32,000 nt of DNA from Candidatus Pelagibacter ubique HTCC1062. GTDB taxonomy: Bacteria > Pseudomonadota > Alphaproteobacteria > Pelagibacterales > Pelagibacteraceae. Below the pieces are notes generated by a model. The model saw only the letters and a program-made list of their open reading frames with translations. It had not been told where the DNA came from and ran no database searches. This document shows positions 6,722-18,478 of this stretch, in pieces; position 1 is the stretch's first letter, and every line of letters starts with the position of its first letter. The stretch spans positions 840,001 to 872,000 of the forward strand of contig NC_007205.1 of assembly GCF_000012345.1 (NCBI RefSeq). The letters run 5' to 3'. Position numbers and translations under genes: made by a program.

Positions 6722-9106
6722 ATGATGGATGTAAAAATTGAACGACCTTTATTACCGTTAAGAGATATTGTTGTATTTCCAAATATGGTAGTCCCATTAT
6801 TTGTTGGCAGAGATAAATCTATTGCCGCTTTAAATGAAGTTATGAAAAAGGACAAAAAAATTGTTCTAGTTACTCAAAAAAATTCAGAAATAGATGACCC
6901 CAAAAAAACTGATGTTTTCATGTATGGTTGTGAAGGTAATATTCTTCAGTTATTAAAATTACCAGACGGTACAGTAAAAGTTTTAGTAGAAGGAAGTAAA
7001 AGAGTAAAAATTTTAGATTTTAAAGATAATGAGAAATTTATTATTTGTGAATATGCTCATCACCATGATGTAGTGACTAAAGATGAAGACTTAATACCAC
7101 TAGCAATGACTGCTGTAAGAAGATTAGAAAAACTAACTTCAATTAATAAAAAAGTATCAAGTGAAACAATTAATAATATTAAAAAATTAACTAATGCATC
7201 ACACATCGCTGATAATATCGCATCTCACCTAACAGCTACAATTTCAGAGAAGCAACAAATATTTGAAACTATAGATGTTAAGAAAAGACTGAATTCTATA
7301 ATTAAAATAATGGAGAATGAAACGAGTATTATTGGAGTAGAAAAAAGAATTAGAGGAAGAGTTAAAACTCAAATGGAGAAAACTCAAAGAGAATATTATT
7401 TAAATGAACAACTTAAAGCTATTCAAAAGGAATTAGGTGAAATTGAAGATGGAAAAGATGAAACTTCAAGTTTGAATAAATTAATTATTAAAGCAAAAAT
7501 GCCAAAAGATGTTGAGAAGAAATGCATGGCTGAGCTTAAAAAATTAAAAAATATGAGCCCAATGTCTGCTGAGGCTACTGTTATCAGAAATTATCTTGAT
7601 TGGATGACAGATCTACCTTGGTATAAAAAAAGCCAAGTTGATATTGATCTAAAAAAAGCACTTGCAGTTCTTGATGCAGATCATTTTGGTTTAGAAAAAG
7701 TTAAAGAAAGAATTATTGAATTTTTAGCAGTCCAAAAAAGAATGGAAAAAATTAAAGGTCCAATTTTATGTTTAGTTGGTCCTCCAGGTGTTGGTAAAAC
7801 ATCATTAGGAAAATCAATTGCAAAAGCTACTAACAGAGAATTTGTAAGAGTTTCTGTTGGTGGTATGAGAGATGAAGCGGAAATAAGAGGACACAGAAGA
7901 ACTTATATAGGCTCTTTACCTGGTAAAATTATTCAAATGATGAAAAAAGCAGGTACAAAAAATCCACTTATTCTTCTTGATGAAATAGATAAAATTGGAA
8001 ATGATTATAGAGGAGATCCATCTTCTGCTTTGTTAGAAGCATTAGATCCAGAACAAAACACAACATTTAATGATCATTATCTAGAAGTTGATTATGATTT
8101 ATCTGATGTCATGTTTGTTACTACAGCTAATACTTTGAATATTTTACCACCGTTATTAGATAGAATGGAAGTCATTAGATTAGCTGGTTATACAGAAGAT
8201 GAAAAAATTAGCATTGCAAATAAGTATCTACTACCCAAACAGGTTAAAGATAATGGAGTTAAAGAAAATGAAATGACTTTATCTGAGGATATAATTAAAG
8301 AAATTATCCAAAGCTATACAAAAGAGTCTGGTGTAAGAAACCTAGAAAGAGAAATTTCAAAAGTAGCCAGAAAAGTTGTTAAGAAAGTAGTTTCTGGAGA
8401 AGAGAAAGAAGTTAAAATTGATTTAAAAAATTTACCAGACTATTTAGGAATTCAAAAATTTAAATTTGGTGAACTTGAAAGTAAAGATAAAATCGGTGTT
8501 GTTACTGGTTTAGCTTGGACTGAATACGGTGGGGAAATTCTTAAAATTGAAACTGTTATAATGCCAGGAAAAGGCAGAATGCAAATTACAGGAAAATTAG
8601 GTGAGGTTATGCAAGAATCTATCAAAGCTGCAAAATCTTTTATTAGATCAAAGAGTTTAGATTATGGAATCATTCCTCCTTTATTTGAAAAAAAGGATTT
8701 TCATATTCATGTTCCAGAAGGAGCTACTCCTAAAGATGGACCCTCAGCAGGTATTGGTATGGTCACTTCAATAGTTTCTGCAATCACAAATAACCCCGTC
8801 AGAAGAGATGTTGCAATGACAGGCGAGGTAACATTAACAGGTCAAGTATTACCAATTGGTGGATTAAAAGAAAAACTATTAGCAGCACACAGAGCTGGGA
8901 TAAAACAAGTTATAATTCCGAAGGAAAATGAAAAAGATCTTGTTGATATGCCTAAGAAAATTATTGATGATATAAAAATTACTCCTGTTGAGCAAGCTGA
9001 CGAAGTATTAAAAATAGCTTTAACAAAAGAATTAAAAAGAGTTGAGTGGGTCGAGGTTGAGAAAATTTCTCAATCTAATGATAAATCTCAAGCCAGTATT
9101 CAATAA
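6722..9106 (+). CDS. lon: ATP-dependent Lon protease (LonA)
   Basis: The 794-aa product has the N-terminal LPLRDIVVFP motif, Walker A (GPPGVGKTS), Walker B (ILLDEIDK) and the catalytic Ser context PKDGPSAG. The start is ATGATG at 6722/6725. Confidence 0.97.
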   Translation: MMDVKIERPLLPLRDIVVFPNMVVPLFVGRDKSIAALNEVMKKDKKIVLVTQKNSEIDDPKKTDVFMYGCEGNILQLLKLPDGTVKVLVEGSKRVKILDFKDNEKFIICEYAHHHDVVTKDEDLIPLAMTAVRRLEKLTSINKKVSSETINNIKKLTNASHIADNIASHLTATISEKQQIFETIDVKKRLNSIIKIMENETSIIGVEKRIRGRVKTQMEKTQREYYLNEQLKAIQKELGEIEDGKDETSSLNKLIIKAKMPKDVEKKCMAELKKLKNMSPMSAEATVIRNYLDWMTDLPWYKKSQVDIDLKKALAVLDADHFGLEKVKERIIEFLAVQKRMEKIKGPILCLVGPPGVGKTSLGKSIAKATNREFVRVSVGGMRDEAEIRGHRRTYIGSLPGKIIQMMKKAGTKNPLILLDEIDKIGNDYRGDPSSALLEALDPEQNTTFNDHYLEVDYDLSDVMFVTTANTLNILPPLLDRMEVIRLAGYTEDEKISIANKYLLPKQVKDNGVKENEMTLSEDIIKEIIQSYTKESGVRNLEREISKVARKVVKKVVSGEEKEVKIDLKNLPDYLGIQKFKFGELESKDKIGVVTGLAWTEYGGEILKIETVIMPGKGRMQITGKLGEVMQESIKAAKSFIRSKSLDYGIIPPLFEKKDFHIHVPEGATPKDGPSAGIGMVTSIVSAITNNPVRRDVAMTGEVTLTGQVLPIGGLKEKLLAAHRAGIKQVIIPKENEKDLVDMPKKIIDDIKITPVEQADEVLKIALTKELKRVEWVEVEKISQSNDKSQASIQ

Positions 9107-9155
9107 TTACCAATTTACATTATCTATTCCTTGATGTAATAGTAGCGCTTGTTTT

Positions 9156-9231
9156 GGGCGGTTAGCTCAGTTGGTAGAGCATCTCGTTTACACCGAGGGG
9201 GTCAAAGGTTCGAGTCCTTTACTGCCCACCA
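9156..9231 (+). tRNA. tRNA-Val (anticodon TAC)
   Basis: 76-nt cloverleaf. Acceptor GGGCGGT/ACTGCCC; D-arm GCTC-AGTTGGTA-GAGC; anticodon stem TCTCG/CGAGG with loop TT-TAC-AC. T-arm AAAGG-TTCGAGT-CCTTT; CCA encoded. Confidence 0.9.
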
Positions 9232-9244
9232 AAACAACTAAAGT

Positions 9245-9321
9245 GGGGGTGTAGCTCAGTTGGTTAGAGCGATCGCCTGTCACGCGATAGGTCGAGGGTT
9301 CGAGTCCCTTCACTCCCGCCA
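9245..9321 (+). tRNA. tRNA-Asp (anticodon GTC)
   Basis: 77-nt cloverleaf. Acceptor GGGGGTG/CACTCCC; D-arm GCTC-AGTTGGTTA-GAGC; anticodon stem ATCGC/GCGAT with loop CT-GTC-AC. T-loop TTCGAGT, discriminator G, CCA encoded. Confidence 0.9.
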
Positions 9322-9374
9322 CTTTTTCCCTATTAATTAACATTTATATTATTAAAAATGTGACGTAAGTACCC

Positions 9375-9402
9375 TTCAACAAGAGGTAAAAACTGCTATA
9401 TA
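9375..9402 (+). promoter_or_regulatory. sigma70-like promoter candidate for the nuo operon
   Basis: TTCAAC (9375-9380), a 16-nt spacer, then TATATA (9397-9402). The -10 ends 7 nt before the nuoA ATG at 9410. It is the only spacer available upstream of nuoA after tRNA-Asp. Confidence 0.25.
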
Positions 9403-9409
9403 GACTCAA

Positions 9410-9778
9410 ATGCTTTCAGAATTTTTAAAAGATTACTTACCAATTATTATATTTTTGATTATTGCACTTGGTCTGAGTTGTGCTTTTGTTGTTGTAAACT
9501 TAATATTATCACCAAAACATCCAGATCCAGAAAAATTATCTGCGTATGAATGTGGTTTTGAACCCTTTGAAGATTCAAGAATGGAATTTGATGTAAGGTT
9601 TTATTTAGTGGCAATTCTATTTATAATCTTTGATTTAGAGATAGCTTTCCTTTTTCCTTGGGCAATATCATTGGGTAATATTGGAGGTCTTGGCTTTACT
9701 TCAATGATGATATTTTTATTCATTCTTACGGTTGGATTTATTTATGAATGGAAAAAAGGTGCACTAGACTGGGAATAA
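9410..9778 (+). CDS. nuoA: NADH-quinone oxidoreductase subunit A
   Basis: The 122-aa, 3-TM product has the YECGFEPF motif. It is the first of 14 colinear nuo genes. Confidence 0.95.
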   Translation: MLSEFLKDYLPIIIFLIIALGLSCAFVVVNLILSPKHPDPEKLSAYECGFEPFEDSRMEFDVRFYLVAILFIIFDLEIAFLFPWAISLGNIGGLGFTSMMIFLFILTVGFIYEWKKGALDWE

Positions 9779-9789
9779 AATTTTAGATT

Positions 9790-10311
9790 ATGAACTTAGA
9801 AAATAAAAATAAAGAAATTCCTGAAGAATTTAAAAAACTTGCTGAAGACTTTAGTAAAAATGGTTTTATCACAACTTCACTTGATAATTTAATAAACTGG
9901 TCAAGAGCTGGTTCATTACACTGGATGACTTTTGGTTTAGCTTGCTGTGCTGTTGAGATGATGCAAACAGCAATGCCAAGATATGATTTAGAAAGATTTG
10001 GTGCTGCACCAAGAGGGTCACCAAGACAATCTGATGTTATGATTGTAGCTGGAACTTTAACTAATAAAATGGCACCGGCATTAAGAAAAGTTTATGATCA
10101 AATGCCTGAACCGAGATATGTTATTTCGATGGGTAGTTGTGCAAATGGTGGTGGTTATTATCACTACTCTTATTCTGTAGTCCGTGGTTGTGATAAGATA
10201 GTACCTGTGGATATTTATGTGCCAGGATGTCCTCCATCAGCTGAAGCATTACTTTATGGAATCTTGCAATTACAAAAAAAAATTAGAAACAAAGGATCTT
10301 TTGAAAGGTAA
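9790..10311 (+). CDS. nuoB: NADH-quinone oxidoreductase subunit B (N2 Fe-S)
   Basis: The 173-aa product has [20 protein letters not shown] and VPGCPP cluster-ligand motifs. Confidence 0.97.
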   Translation: MNLENKNKEIPEEFKKLAEDFSKNGFITTSLDNLINWSRAGSLHWMTFGLACCAVEMMQTAMPRYDLERFGAAPRGSPRQSDVMIVAGTLTNKMAPALRKVYDQMPEPRYVISMGSCANGGGYYHYSYSVVRGCDKIVPVDIYVPGCPPSAEALLYGILQLQKKIRNKGSFER

Positions 10312-10316
10312 TTTAT

Positions 10317-10925
10317 ATGCAAAATTTAATAGATCTTGAAAAAAAAATTAACTCGGAACTTACAACTAAAATTAAAAAAACTGAGATTAGACATGAACAG
10401 TTATATATTAATATTGATAATGAAGATTTGATAGATGTAACGTTATTTATTAAAAGTAACGAGAATACAAAATTTAGACAGTTAATTGATATTACAGTTG
10501 TTGATTACCCTGAAAATGCTCAACGTTTTAAAGTTGTGTATTTGTTTTTAAGTCATGAATTTAATCAAAGAATTATATTAAGTTACCTAATAAGTGAAAA
10601 TGAAGTTATTCCATCACTAACACCCATTTATCCTGCAGCAAATTGGATGGAGAGAGAAGTTTTTGATATGTATGGAGTTAAGTTTAAAGACCATCCAGAT
10701 ATGAGAAGAATACTTACTGATTATGGCTTTGAAGGACACCCCTTAAGAAAAGATTTTCCTTTAACTGGTCATACTGAAGTTAGATATAGCGAAGATCAAA
10801 AGAAAGTTATTAGTGAACCAGTTAAGTTAGAGCAAAATTATAGAAATTTTGATTACGAAAGCCCTTGGGAAGGAACAAAATATATTAAAGATCAAACTGA
10901 CCTTGAAAATGACAAAAAAAATTAA
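10317..10925 (+). CDS. nuoC: NADH-quinone oxidoreductase subunit C (30 kDa)
   Basis: The 202-aa product has [26 protein letters not shown]. It is separate from nuoD, not fused. Confidence 0.95.
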   Translation: MQNLIDLEKKINSELTTKIKKTEIRHEQLYINIDNEDLIDVTLFIKSNENTKFRQLIDITVVDYPENAQRFKVVYLFLSHEFNQRIILSYLISENEVIPSLTPIYPAANWMEREVFDMYGVKFKDHPDMRRILTDYGFEGHPLRKDFPLTGHTEVRYSEDQKKVISEPVKLEQNYRNFDYESPWEGTKYIKDQTDLENDKKN

Positions 10926-12084
10926 AACATTAAATCTAAATTTTGGACCTCAGCACCCCGCAGCTCATGGTGTGTTAAGATTAATTTTAGAATTAGATGG
11001 AGAGGTTGTTGAAAAAGCTGATCCACATATTGGTCTTCTACACCGGGGAACAGAAAAGTTAATAGAAAATAAAACGTATATGCAAGCAGTCCCTTATTTT
11101 GACAGACTTGATTATGTTGCTCCAATGAATCAGGAACATGCTTTTGCTTTAGCTATAGAAAAAATTTTAAAGATAAATGTTCCAATTAGAGCCCAATTAA
11201 TCAGAGTAATGTTTTGTGAAATTGGAAGAATATTAAGTCATATATTAAATGTTACAACTCAAGCTCTTGATGTAGGCGCTTTAACTCCATCACTATGGGG
11301 TTTTGAAGAACGTGAAACATTAATGACATTTTATGAAAGAGCATCTGGTTCAAGACTACATGCCAATTACTTCAGGGCCGGTGGTGTTCATCAAGATTTA
11401 CCGATGGGTCTTGCAGAGGATATAGGTAATTTTTGTGAGTCGTTCCCGAAGATAATAGATGATCTTGAAACATTATTGACTGACAACAGAATATTTAAAC
11501 AGCGAAATGTTGATATAGGAATTGTAACCAAGGAAGATGCGTTAGATTATTCTTTTAGCGGTGTTATGATTAGAGGCTCTGGTGTTCCTTGGGATCTAAG
11601 AAAGTCTCAACCTTATGACTGTTATGAACAACTAGAATTTAAAATTCCAGTAGGAAAAAATGGAGACTGTTTTGATAGATATTTATGTAGAATTGAAGAA
11701 ATGAGAGAAAGTGTTTCAATAATCAAACAATGTTTAAGTAAAATGGAAAAAGGACCAATTAAATCATTAGATGGAAAAATTAGTCCTCCACCTAAAAAAG
11801 ATATTAAACAATCAATGGAAGCTTTAATTCATCACTTTAAATTATTCACTGAAGGTTATCGTGTTGACAAAGATGAAATTTATACTGCTGTTGAAGCACC
11901 AAAGGGTGAATTTGGTGTTTATTTAATATCTGATGGAACCAGCAAACCTTACAAATGTAAAATTAGAGCTCCTGGCTTTTCTCACCTACAAGCAATGGAT
12001 TATTTGATTAAAGGACATATGCTTGCTGATGTACCTGCTGTTTTAGGTTCGTTAGATATTGTTTTTGGAGAGGTTGATAGATAA
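10909..12084 (+). CDS. nuoD: NADH-quinone oxidoreductase subunit D (49 kDa)
   Basis: I moved the start from the track's 10849 to the ATG at 10909 ([25 protein letters not shown]), matching the conserved NuoD N-terminus. This leaves a 17-nt overlap with nuoC. Confidence 0.93.
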   Translation: MTKKIKTLNLNFGPQHPAAHGVLRLILELDGEVVEKADPHIGLLHRGTEKLIENKTYMQAVPYFDRLDYVAPMNQEHAFALAIEKILKINVPIRAQLIRVMFCEIGRILSHILNVTTQALDVGALTPSLWGFEERETLMTFYERASGSRLHANYFRAGGVHQDLPMGLAEDIGNFCESFPKIIDDLETLLTDNRIFKQRNVDIGIVTKEDALDYSFSGVMIRGSGVPWDLRKSQPYDCYEQLEFKIPVGKNGDCFDRYLCRIEEMRESVSIIKQCLSKMEKGPIKSLDGKISPPPKKDIKQSMEALIHHFKLFTEGYRVDKDEIYTAVEAPKGEFGVYLISDGTSKPYKCKIRAPGFSHLQAMDYLIKGHMLADVPAVLGSLDIVFGEVDR

Positions 12085-12692
12085 TGAGTTTAAGAAAACC
12101 TGCAAAAGAACAACCAGAAAAATTTGAATTCACAGCAGATAGTTTAGCTGCAGCAAAAGAAATGATTTCCAAATATCCAGAAGGAAAACAACAAAGCGCT
12201 GTAATGGCATTACTATATATCGCTCAAAAACAAAATGATAACTGGATACCACTTGCAGCAATGAAATATATCGGAAAGTTTTTAGATATGCCTTATATAA
12301 AAGTTTATGAGGTGGCCACTTTTTATACAATGTATAACCTATCACCAGTTGGAAAACACTTTATTCAAGTTTGCACAACTACACCATGCATGATCAGAGG
12401 AGCTTATAAACTTGTTGAAGCATGCAAAGAAAAAATTTCAGAAAATGAAAATGAATTATCCACTGATAAATCATGCTCATGGATGGAAGTTGAATGTTTG
12501 GGTGCATGCGTTAATGCCCCAATGATGCAAATTAATGATGACTATTATGAAGACCTAGATAAAGAAAAAACTTTAAAAATTTTAGATGAGATACTTGACG
12601 GTAAGACGCCAAAGCCAGGATCTTATAGAGGAAGAGTTAATAATGAACCTGAAAATAACAGAAAAACACTTTTGGATTTAAAAAATGCTTAA
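12084..12692 (+). CDS. nuoE: NADH-quinone oxidoreductase subunit E (24 kDa, 2Fe-2S)
   Basis: The 202-aa product has cysteine motifs [11 protein letters not shown] and [16 protein letters not shown] overlap with nuoD. Confidence 0.95.
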   Translation: MSLRKPAKEQPEKFEFTADSLAAAKEMISKYPEGKQQSAVMALLYIAQKQNDNWIPLAAMKYIGKFLDMPYIKVYEVATFYTMYNLSPVGKHFIQVCTTTPCMIRGAYKLVEACKEKISENENELSTDKSCSWMEVECLGACVNAPMMQINDDYYEDLDKEKTLKILDEILDGKTPKPGSYRGRVNNEPENNRKTLLDLKNA

Positions 12693-14016
12693 CGATAAAG
12701 ATAGAATATTTCAAAACCTATATAATGATAAAGGTTCAGATGTTGAGTCTTCAAAAAATAGAGGTGACTGGGTAGATACTGCTGAAATAATAAAAAAAGG
12801 TAGAGAATGGATTATAGAAGAAGTTAAATCATCGGAATTAAGAGGAAGAGGTGGTGCTGGATTTCCTACGGGTCTTAAATGGTCTTTTGCCCCAAAAGAA
12901 CTTGGTTCTAGACCTCACTATCTAGTTATAAATGGTGATGAATCTGAACCTGGCACATGTAAGGATCGTGATATTTTAAGGTTTGAACCTCACAAATTAA
13001 TAGAAGGATGTTTGATTGCTTCTTACGCAGTTCAGGCCCATGTTTGCTATATTTATATACGCGGCGAATATTTTATTGATGGACAAAAACTTCAAAAAGC
13101 AATCGATGAAGCTTATGAAAAAAAACTTATAGGAAAAAATGCCTCTGGTACTGGCTGGGACTTAGATATTTATATTCATTATGGAGCAGGCGCTTATATA
13201 TGTGGTGAAGAAACAGCACTTCTAGAAAGCATCGAAGGTAAAAAAGGTCAGCCAAGATTAAAACCTCCTTTTCCAGCTTTAATAGGATTATACGGATGTC
13301 CAACAATAATTAATAACGTGGAAACTATAGCTGTTGTTCCGACGATTTTGAGAAAAGGTGGTAAATGGTTTGCGTCATTAGGAAAAGCGAAAAATACAGG
13401 AACTAAAATATTTTGTATATCTGGAAATGTTAATAAACCATGTAACGTTGAAGAGGAAATGAGTATATCTCTTAAAGAGTTAATAGAAGTACATGCTGGC
13501 GGAGTAATTGGTGGATGGGATAATCTACAAGCAGTAATACCAGGTGGATCTTCTATGCCTATTATACCAAAAAAAACATGTGAAACTTTAACAATGGATT
13601 TTGATTCACTTGTTGCTGAGAAAAGTGGTTTAGGAACCGCAGGTATTGTCGTTATAAATAATGATCAGGATATTATTAAATGTATGGCAAGAATTGCTAG
13701 ATTTTATAAACATGAAAGTTGTGGACAGTGCACACCATGTAGAGAAGGTTCTGGATGGATGTGGAGAATGTTAGAAAGAATGGCTAAGGGAGAAGCGTCA
13801 AAAGATGAAGTAGAAATGCTTGGTGATGTTACAAATCAAATTGCTGGTCATACTATTTGTGCTTTTGGTGAAGGATCTTCATGGCCTGTCCAGGGTTTGT
13901 TAAGACATTTTAGAAAAGAAATTGAGGAACGAAACAATTTTGAACCAACAATAAAAAAAAATAATGAAGTTCCTTATTTAGTCGATCAACATTTATTGGA
14001 TAAAAAAAATGCCTAA
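12685..14016 (+). CDS. nuoF: NADH-quinone oxidoreductase subunit F (51 kDa, FMN/NADH site)
   Basis: The 443-aa product has [32 protein letters not shown] and the N3 cluster motif [12 protein letters not shown]. Confidence 0.97.
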   Translation: MLNDKDRIFQNLYNDKGSDVESSKNRGDWVDTAEIIKKGREWIIEEVKSSELRGRGGAGFPTGLKWSFAPKELGSRPHYLVINGDESEPGTCKDRDILRFEPHKLIEGCLIASYAVQAHVCYIYIRGEYFIDGQKLQKAIDEAYEKKLIGKNASGTGWDLDIYIHYGAGAYICGEETALLESIEGKKGQPRLKPPFPALIGLYGCPTIINNVETIAVVPTILRKGGKWFASLGKAKNTGTKIFCISGNVNKPCNVEEEMSISLKELIEVHAGGVIGGWDNLQAVIPGGSSMPIIPKKTCETLTMDFDSLVAEKSGLGTAGIVVINNDQDIIKCMARIARFYKHESCGQCTPCREGSGWMWRMLERMAKGEASKDEVEMLGDVTNQIAGHTICAFGEGSSWPVQGLLRHFRKEIEERNNFEPTIKKNNEVPYLVDQHLLDKKNA

Positions 14017-16048
14017 ATTAAAAGTTAACAATATTGAAGTTGAAGTTGAAGATGGCTTAACAGTCTTACAAGCTTGTGAAAAAGCTGGAGTTGAAATTCC
14101 AAGATTTTGTTATCACGAAAAACTTTCAATTGCTGGAAATTGTAGAATGTGCCTGGTTGAAATGGAAAAATCTCCAAAACCAGTTGCGTCATGTGCGATG
14201 CCTGTTGCTGAAGGTATGAATATTAAAACGAATACTGAATTTGTTGAAAAAGCAAGAAAAGGTGTGATGGAATTTTTACTTGCAAATCACCCATTAGATT
14301 GTCCTGTATGTGATCAAGGTGGCGAATGTGATCTTCAAGATCAATCAATGTTTTATGGGGTAGATAAATCTAGATTTAAAGAAAATAAAAGACAAGTTCC
14401 CGAAAAAAATATGGGTCCTTTAATTAAAACTCAAATGACTAGGTGTATCCATTGTACTAGATGTGTTAGGTTTGCAACAGAAATTGCTGGTGTACCAGAA
14501 ATAGGAGCAATAGGACGTGGTGAAGATATGCAAATAACTACTTACCTTGAGCAATCAATGCAATCAGAATTATCTGCTAATGTTGTTGATTTGTGTCCTG
14601 TTGGAGCTTTAACATCTAAACCATATGTTTTTGAAGCAAGACCTTGGGAATTAAAAAAGACTGAATCTATTGATGTTATGGATGCTATTGGCTCTAATAT
14701 AAGAGTTGATACCTATGGCTGGGAAGTTAAGAGAATTTTACCAAGAATAAACGAAGACATTAACGAGGAATGGATTTCTGATAAAACAAGACATGCTTGC
14801 GATGGTTTATCAAATCAAAGACTAGATACACCTTATATTAAGTATAATGGAAAATTTGAAAAAGCATCATGGTCTGAAGTTTTTAATATAATCAAATCTA
14901 AGTTTAAAAACACTGATAAAGAAAAAATCTGTGGGTTAACTGGTGATTTAGTCAATATGGAATCACTTTATATATTTAAAGAATTTTTTAATAAAACATT
15001 AGGCTCTCAAAATATAGAGTCTAGAGATAATTACAGTTATTTAAATCCAGAAAAGCGAGAAAATTATTTATTTAACTCATCAATTAATGGAATTGAAGAA
15101 GCTGATTTTATTTTCCTTTTAGGGACAAACCCTAGATTTGAAGCAACAATTTTAAATGCCCGAATTAGAAAATCCTATCTTCAAAACAAAACTAAAATTA
15201 TTTCGCTAAATGAAGTAGGTGACCTTACATATCCTTACCAGTCTTTAGATGGAAACACTGAAACTGTTAAAAAAATTATCGAATGTAAACATGAGGTATC
15301 TGATTTAATTAAACAAGCAAAGAAACCTATGATTATAATGGGTCAATCTGCACTAAAAAGTAAATCATCTAAATATATTTTTGAATCAATCAAGCAATTT
15401 TTAGATGAAAATAATAAACTTTCCAATGATTGGAATGCTTTAAATATAATTTCTGAAAATGCATCCACGGTAGGTGCGTTTGATCTTGGTGTATATAAAA
15501 CAACTGATGGTGACAATGAAGTTTTGAAAGACTTGGAAGATCACAAGTTTGAAATTGTTTATCTTCTAGGTCTAGACACTATTAATTTTGAAAAAAAAAA
15601 TGAGTTTATTATTTATCAAGGCTCTCATGGAGATAAAGGAGCGGAAATAGCAGACATTATTTTGCCAGGGGCTGCTTATACAGAACAAAATGGTTATTTT
15701 ACAAATTTAGAAGGTAAATTACAAAAAGCCTACAAAGCATCTTATCCACCAGAACTTGCAAAAGAGGATTGGGTAATAATAAATGAACTTGCAGAGTCCA
15801 TGAATCATAGAAAATTATTTAATGATAAAGATGAGCTGGATAGCAGTTTAATTAATCAAATAAATCTACATATTGAAAAAAATAACTCTTTAACTTCATC
15901 AAAAGTTAAGGAATTAATTTTTGAAAATGAATTGATTAAAATAGATAATGATTATTATTATTCAAATGTAATTGCTAGAGCTTCAAAAACTATGTCTGAG
16001 TGTAGACATTTAAAAGCAGATTTAAAGTCTACAGGAACAGAAGGTTAA
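14009..16048 (+). CDS. nuoG: NADH-quinone oxidoreductase subunit G (75 kDa)
   Basis: The 679-aa product has [47 protein letters not shown] and CPVGALT Fe-S motifs. Confidence 0.97.
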   Translation: MPKLKVNNIEVEVEDGLTVLQACEKAGVEIPRFCYHEKLSIAGNCRMCLVEMEKSPKPVASCAMPVAEGMNIKTNTEFVEKARKGVMEFLLANHPLDCPVCDQGGECDLQDQSMFYGVDKSRFKENKRQVPEKNMGPLIKTQMTRCIHCTRCVRFATEIAGVPEIGAIGRGEDMQITTYLEQSMQSELSANVVDLCPVGALTSKPYVFEARPWELKKTESIDVMDAIGSNIRVDTYGWEVKRILPRINEDINEEWISDKTRHACDGLSNQRLDTPYIKYNGKFEKASWSEVFNIIKSKFKNTDKEKICGLTGDLVNMESLYIFKEFFNKTLGSQNIESRDNYSYLNPEKRENYLFNSSINGIEEADFIFLLGTNPRFEATILNARIRKSYLQNKTKIISLNEVGDLTYPYQSLDGNTETVKKIIECKHEVSDLIKQAKKPMIIMGQSALKSKSSKYIFESIKQFLDENNKLSNDWNALNIISENASTVGAFDLGVYKTTDGDNEVLKDLEDHKFEIVYLLGLDTINFEKKNEFIIYQGSHGDKGAEIADIILPGAAYTEQNGYFTNLEGKLQKAYKASYPPELAKEDWVIINELAESMNHRKLFNDKDELDSSLINQINLHIEKNNSLTSSKVKELIFENELIKIDNDYYYSNVIARASKTMSECRHLKADLKSTGTEG

Positions 16049-16051
16049 TTT

Positions 16052-17050
16052 ATGGAATATCTTAATATTATTTTTTTACAAACTTACAAAATATTATTTT
16101 TATTAGTTCCTGTTTTAGTTTCTGTGGCTATGATTGTGTGGCTTGACCGACGTATTTGGGCCTTTGTACAAAAAAGGCAAGGACCTAATGTTGTTGGACC
16201 TTTTGGTTTGCTTCAATCATTAGCTGATGCATTAAAATATATTTTTAAAGAAGTTATAATTCCTTCAAGTTCAAATAAAGTAATCTTTATACTAGCACCA
16301 ATTGTAACTATGACTTTGGCCTTAGTTTCGTGGGCTGTTATTCCATTCAGCACAACTCAAGTATTGGCAGATATTAATGTAGGTGTCCTTTATTTATTTG
16401 CTGTTTCTTCTTTAGGTGTTTATGGAATTATTATGGGTGGTTGGGCTTCAAATTCAAAATATCCTTTTTTAGGCGCTATTAGATCTGCCGCACAAATGGT
16501 TTCTTACGAAGTATCAATTGGAGTCATTATTATTAACGTTTTGCTTTGTGTTGGTTCTTTAAATTTGAACGATATAATTATGGCTCAAGAAAATTTATGG
16601 TTTATAATTCCATTATTTCCAATGTTTGTGATTTTCTTTATTTCTGCATTAGCGGAGACAAACAGACCGCCATTTGATTTGCCTGAAGCAGAAGCAGAAC
16701 TTGTTGCGGGTTATCAAACTGAATATTCAGGCATGATGTATGCAATGTTTTGGCTTGGAGAATATGCAAATATTCTTTTGATGTGTGCTATGGGGTCAAT
16801 ACTTTTTTTAGGTGGGTGGCTATCGCCCATTGATCTTTATCCATTTAACTTAATTCCAGGCGCAATTTGGATGATTTTTAAAATATTATTCTTATTTGTT
16901 TTGTTTGCCTTGGTTAAAGCTGTTGTTCCAAGATATAGATACGATCAATTAATGAGACTAGGATGGAAGATATTTTTACCATTATCATTAACATGGGTAG
17001 TTCTAACAGCTAGCTATTTGTTTTACTTCAACTTATTACCGGTTAATTAA
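16052..17050 (+). CDS. nuoH: NADH-quinone oxidoreductase subunit H
   Basis: The 332-aa polytopic product has [14 protein letters not shown] and [26 protein letters not shown]. Confidence 0.97.
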   Translation: MEYLNIIFLQTYKILFLLVPVLVSVAMIVWLDRRIWAFVQKRQGPNVVGPFGLLQSLADALKYIFKEVIIPSSSNKVIFILAPIVTMTLALVSWAVIPFSTTQVLADINVGVLYLFAVSSLGVYGIIMGGWASNSKYPFLGAIRSAAQMVSYEVSIGVIIINVLLCVGSLNLNDIIMAQENLWFIIPLFPMFVIFFISALAETNRPPFDLPEAEAELVAGYQTEYSGMMYAMFWLGEYANILLMCAMGSILFLGGWLSPIDLYPFNLIPGAIWMIFKILFLFVLFALVKAVVPRYRYDQLMRLGWKIFLPLSLTWVVLTASYLFYFNLLPVN

Positions 17051-17052
17051 TT

Positions 17053-17538
17053 ATGAAAATTTCAAGAATATTTAAAACAATTTTTTTATTAGATTTTTTA
17101 GGCGGCTTAAATATTGCTATCAAAGAAATATTTAAATCTAAAAAAACAATAAATTACCCTTTTGAAAAAGGAAAAATAAGCCCAAGATTTAGAGGTGAAC
17201 ATGCTTTAAGAAGATATCCTAACGGTGAAGAAAGATGTATCGCATGTAAGTTATGTGAAGCTGTGTGTCCAGCTCAAGCAATCACAATCGAGTCCTCTGA
17301 AAGAGCTGATGGTAGTAGAAAAACTACTAGATATGATATTGACATGATGAAATGTATTTATTGTGGTCTTTGTGAAGAGTCTTGTCCAGTTGATGCGATT
17401 GTACAGGGGCCTAATTTTGAATTTTCAACTGAAACAAGAGAAGAGCTTTATTATAATAAAGAAAAATTACTCGATAATGGAGATAGATGGGAAAATGTTT
17501 TAGCAGCCAATATTAAAGCTGATAATTCTCACAGATAA
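17053..17538 (+). CDS. nuoI: NADH-quinone oxidoreductase subunit I (2x 4Fe-4S ferredoxin)
   Basis: The 161-aa product has [12 protein letters not shown] and [12 protein letters not shown]. Confidence 0.97.
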   Translation: MKISRIFKTIFLLDFLGGLNIAIKEIFKSKKTINYPFEKGKISPRFRGEHALRRYPNGEERCIACKLCEAVCPAQAITIESSERADGSRKTTRYDIDMMKCIYCGLCEESCPVDAIVQGPNFEFSTETREELYYNKEKLLDNGDRWENVLAANIKADNSHR

Positions 17539-17540
17539 TT

Positions 17541-18173
17541 ATGTTAGCACACGCAATATTTTTTTATACGTTTTCTTTTATAGCAATTGTTTCTGCTATA
17601 ATGGTAACAGTATCTAAAAACACCGTTCATTCTGTTTTCTTTTTAATTTTAGATTTCATAAGCATTTCATGCCTATTTATAATGATCGGCGCTGAATTTT
17701 TGGGAATGATCATGTTGATTGTTTATGTAGGCGCGGTTGCTGTTTTATTTTTATTTGTAGTTATGATGTTAAATGTAGCTCAACAAAAAAATCAGTGGTT
17801 TAGTGCACAGGAAAGTTCAAAACATATACCTATTGGACTAATAGTAAGTGTTATAATATTTTTCGAATTAATAATTGTAATTGGTGGATGGAAATATAAA
17901 CCTGATCTTGTCTCGGCAATGTCTTTAACAATAGATAAAAATATAACCAATACTCATTCAATTGGTTACGTTCTATATACAGATTACATTCATGTTTTTC
18001 AGTTAAGTGGAATGATTTTATTAGTTGCAATGATAGGTGCTATTGTTCTTACATTTAGACAAAGATCTGGAGTTAAAAGACAAAGTTATTTTAGTCAAAT
18101 ATCTCGTGAAAGATCAGATGGTGTTGAATTAATTGATGTTGAGAACAATAAAGGAGTTAAATCTGATGATTAG
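17541..18173 (+). CDS. nuoJ: NADH-quinone oxidoreductase subunit J
   Basis: The 210-aa hydrophobic product sits between nuoI and nuoK and has [16 protein letters not shown]. Confidence 0.9.
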   Translation: MLAHAIFFYTFSFIAIVSAIMVTVSKNTVHSVFFLILDFISISCLFIMIGAEFLGMIMLIVYVGAVAVLFLFVVMMLNVAQQKNQWFSAQESSKHIPIGLIVSVIIFFELIIVIGGWKYKPDLVSAMSLTIDKNITNTHSIGYVLYTDYIHVFQLSGMILLVAMIGAIVLTFRQRSGVKRQSYFSQISRERSDGVELIDVENNKGVKSDD

Positions 18174-18477
18174 TATAGGTTTAGGTCACTATCTTACATT
18201 GGCTGCAATAATTTTTACTATCGGCATAGTCGGATTATTTTTAAATAGAAAAAATATTATAGTAATTTTAATGAGTATTGAGCTTATTTTATTAGCTGTA
18301 AATATTAATTTAGTTTCATTTTCAATATTTTTAAACGATATTTCTGGTCAAATATTCACTCTTTTTATATTAACTGTTGCAGCGGCAGAGGCGGCAATAG
18401 GTTTAGCAATTATTGTTGTCTATTATAGAAACTCATCAACAATTGATGTTGAGAAAATTGACAGTTTAAAAGGATAA
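18166..18477 (+). CDS. nuoK: NADH-quinone oxidoreductase subunit K
   Basis: I moved the start from the track's 18133 to the ATG at 18166 ([10 protein letters not shown]...), giving about 103 aa, the typical NuoK size. It has [11 protein letters not shown] and an 8-nt overlap with nuoJ. Confidence 0.9.
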   Translation: MISIGLGHYLTLAAIIFTIGIVGLFLNRKNIIVILMSIELILLAVNINLVSFSIFLNDISGQIFTLFILTVAAAEAAIGLAIIVVYYRNSSTIDVEKIDSLKG

Positions 18478-18478
18478 T

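Noticed and set aside
9114-9142. TTTACA-N17-TAATAG promoter-like match upstream of tRNA-Val
   Set aside because: It is plausible by position (the -10 ends 13 nt before the tRNA). The hexamers are weak, though, and such matches are expected by chance at this AT content, so I did not list it as a feature.
10849-10908. Upstream extension of nuoD in the ORF track ([20 protein letters not shown]...)
   Set aside because: The conserved NuoD N-terminus starts at the ATG at 10909. The extension is just the alternative frame of the nuoC 3' end.
15591-15600. A10 homopolymer inside nuoG (and an A9 run at 31860-31868 in dnaE) as possible phase-variation or slippage sites
   Set aside because: Both encode in-frame Lys runs in essential housekeeping genes of a genome with strong AAA codon bias. 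Nothing suggests contingency-locus behaviour.
18133-18165. Upstream extension of nuoK in the ORF track ([11 protein letters not shown]...)
   Set aside because: NuoK is about 100 aa and begins with its first TM helix ([10 protein letters not shown]). The extension lies in the nuoJ 3' end.
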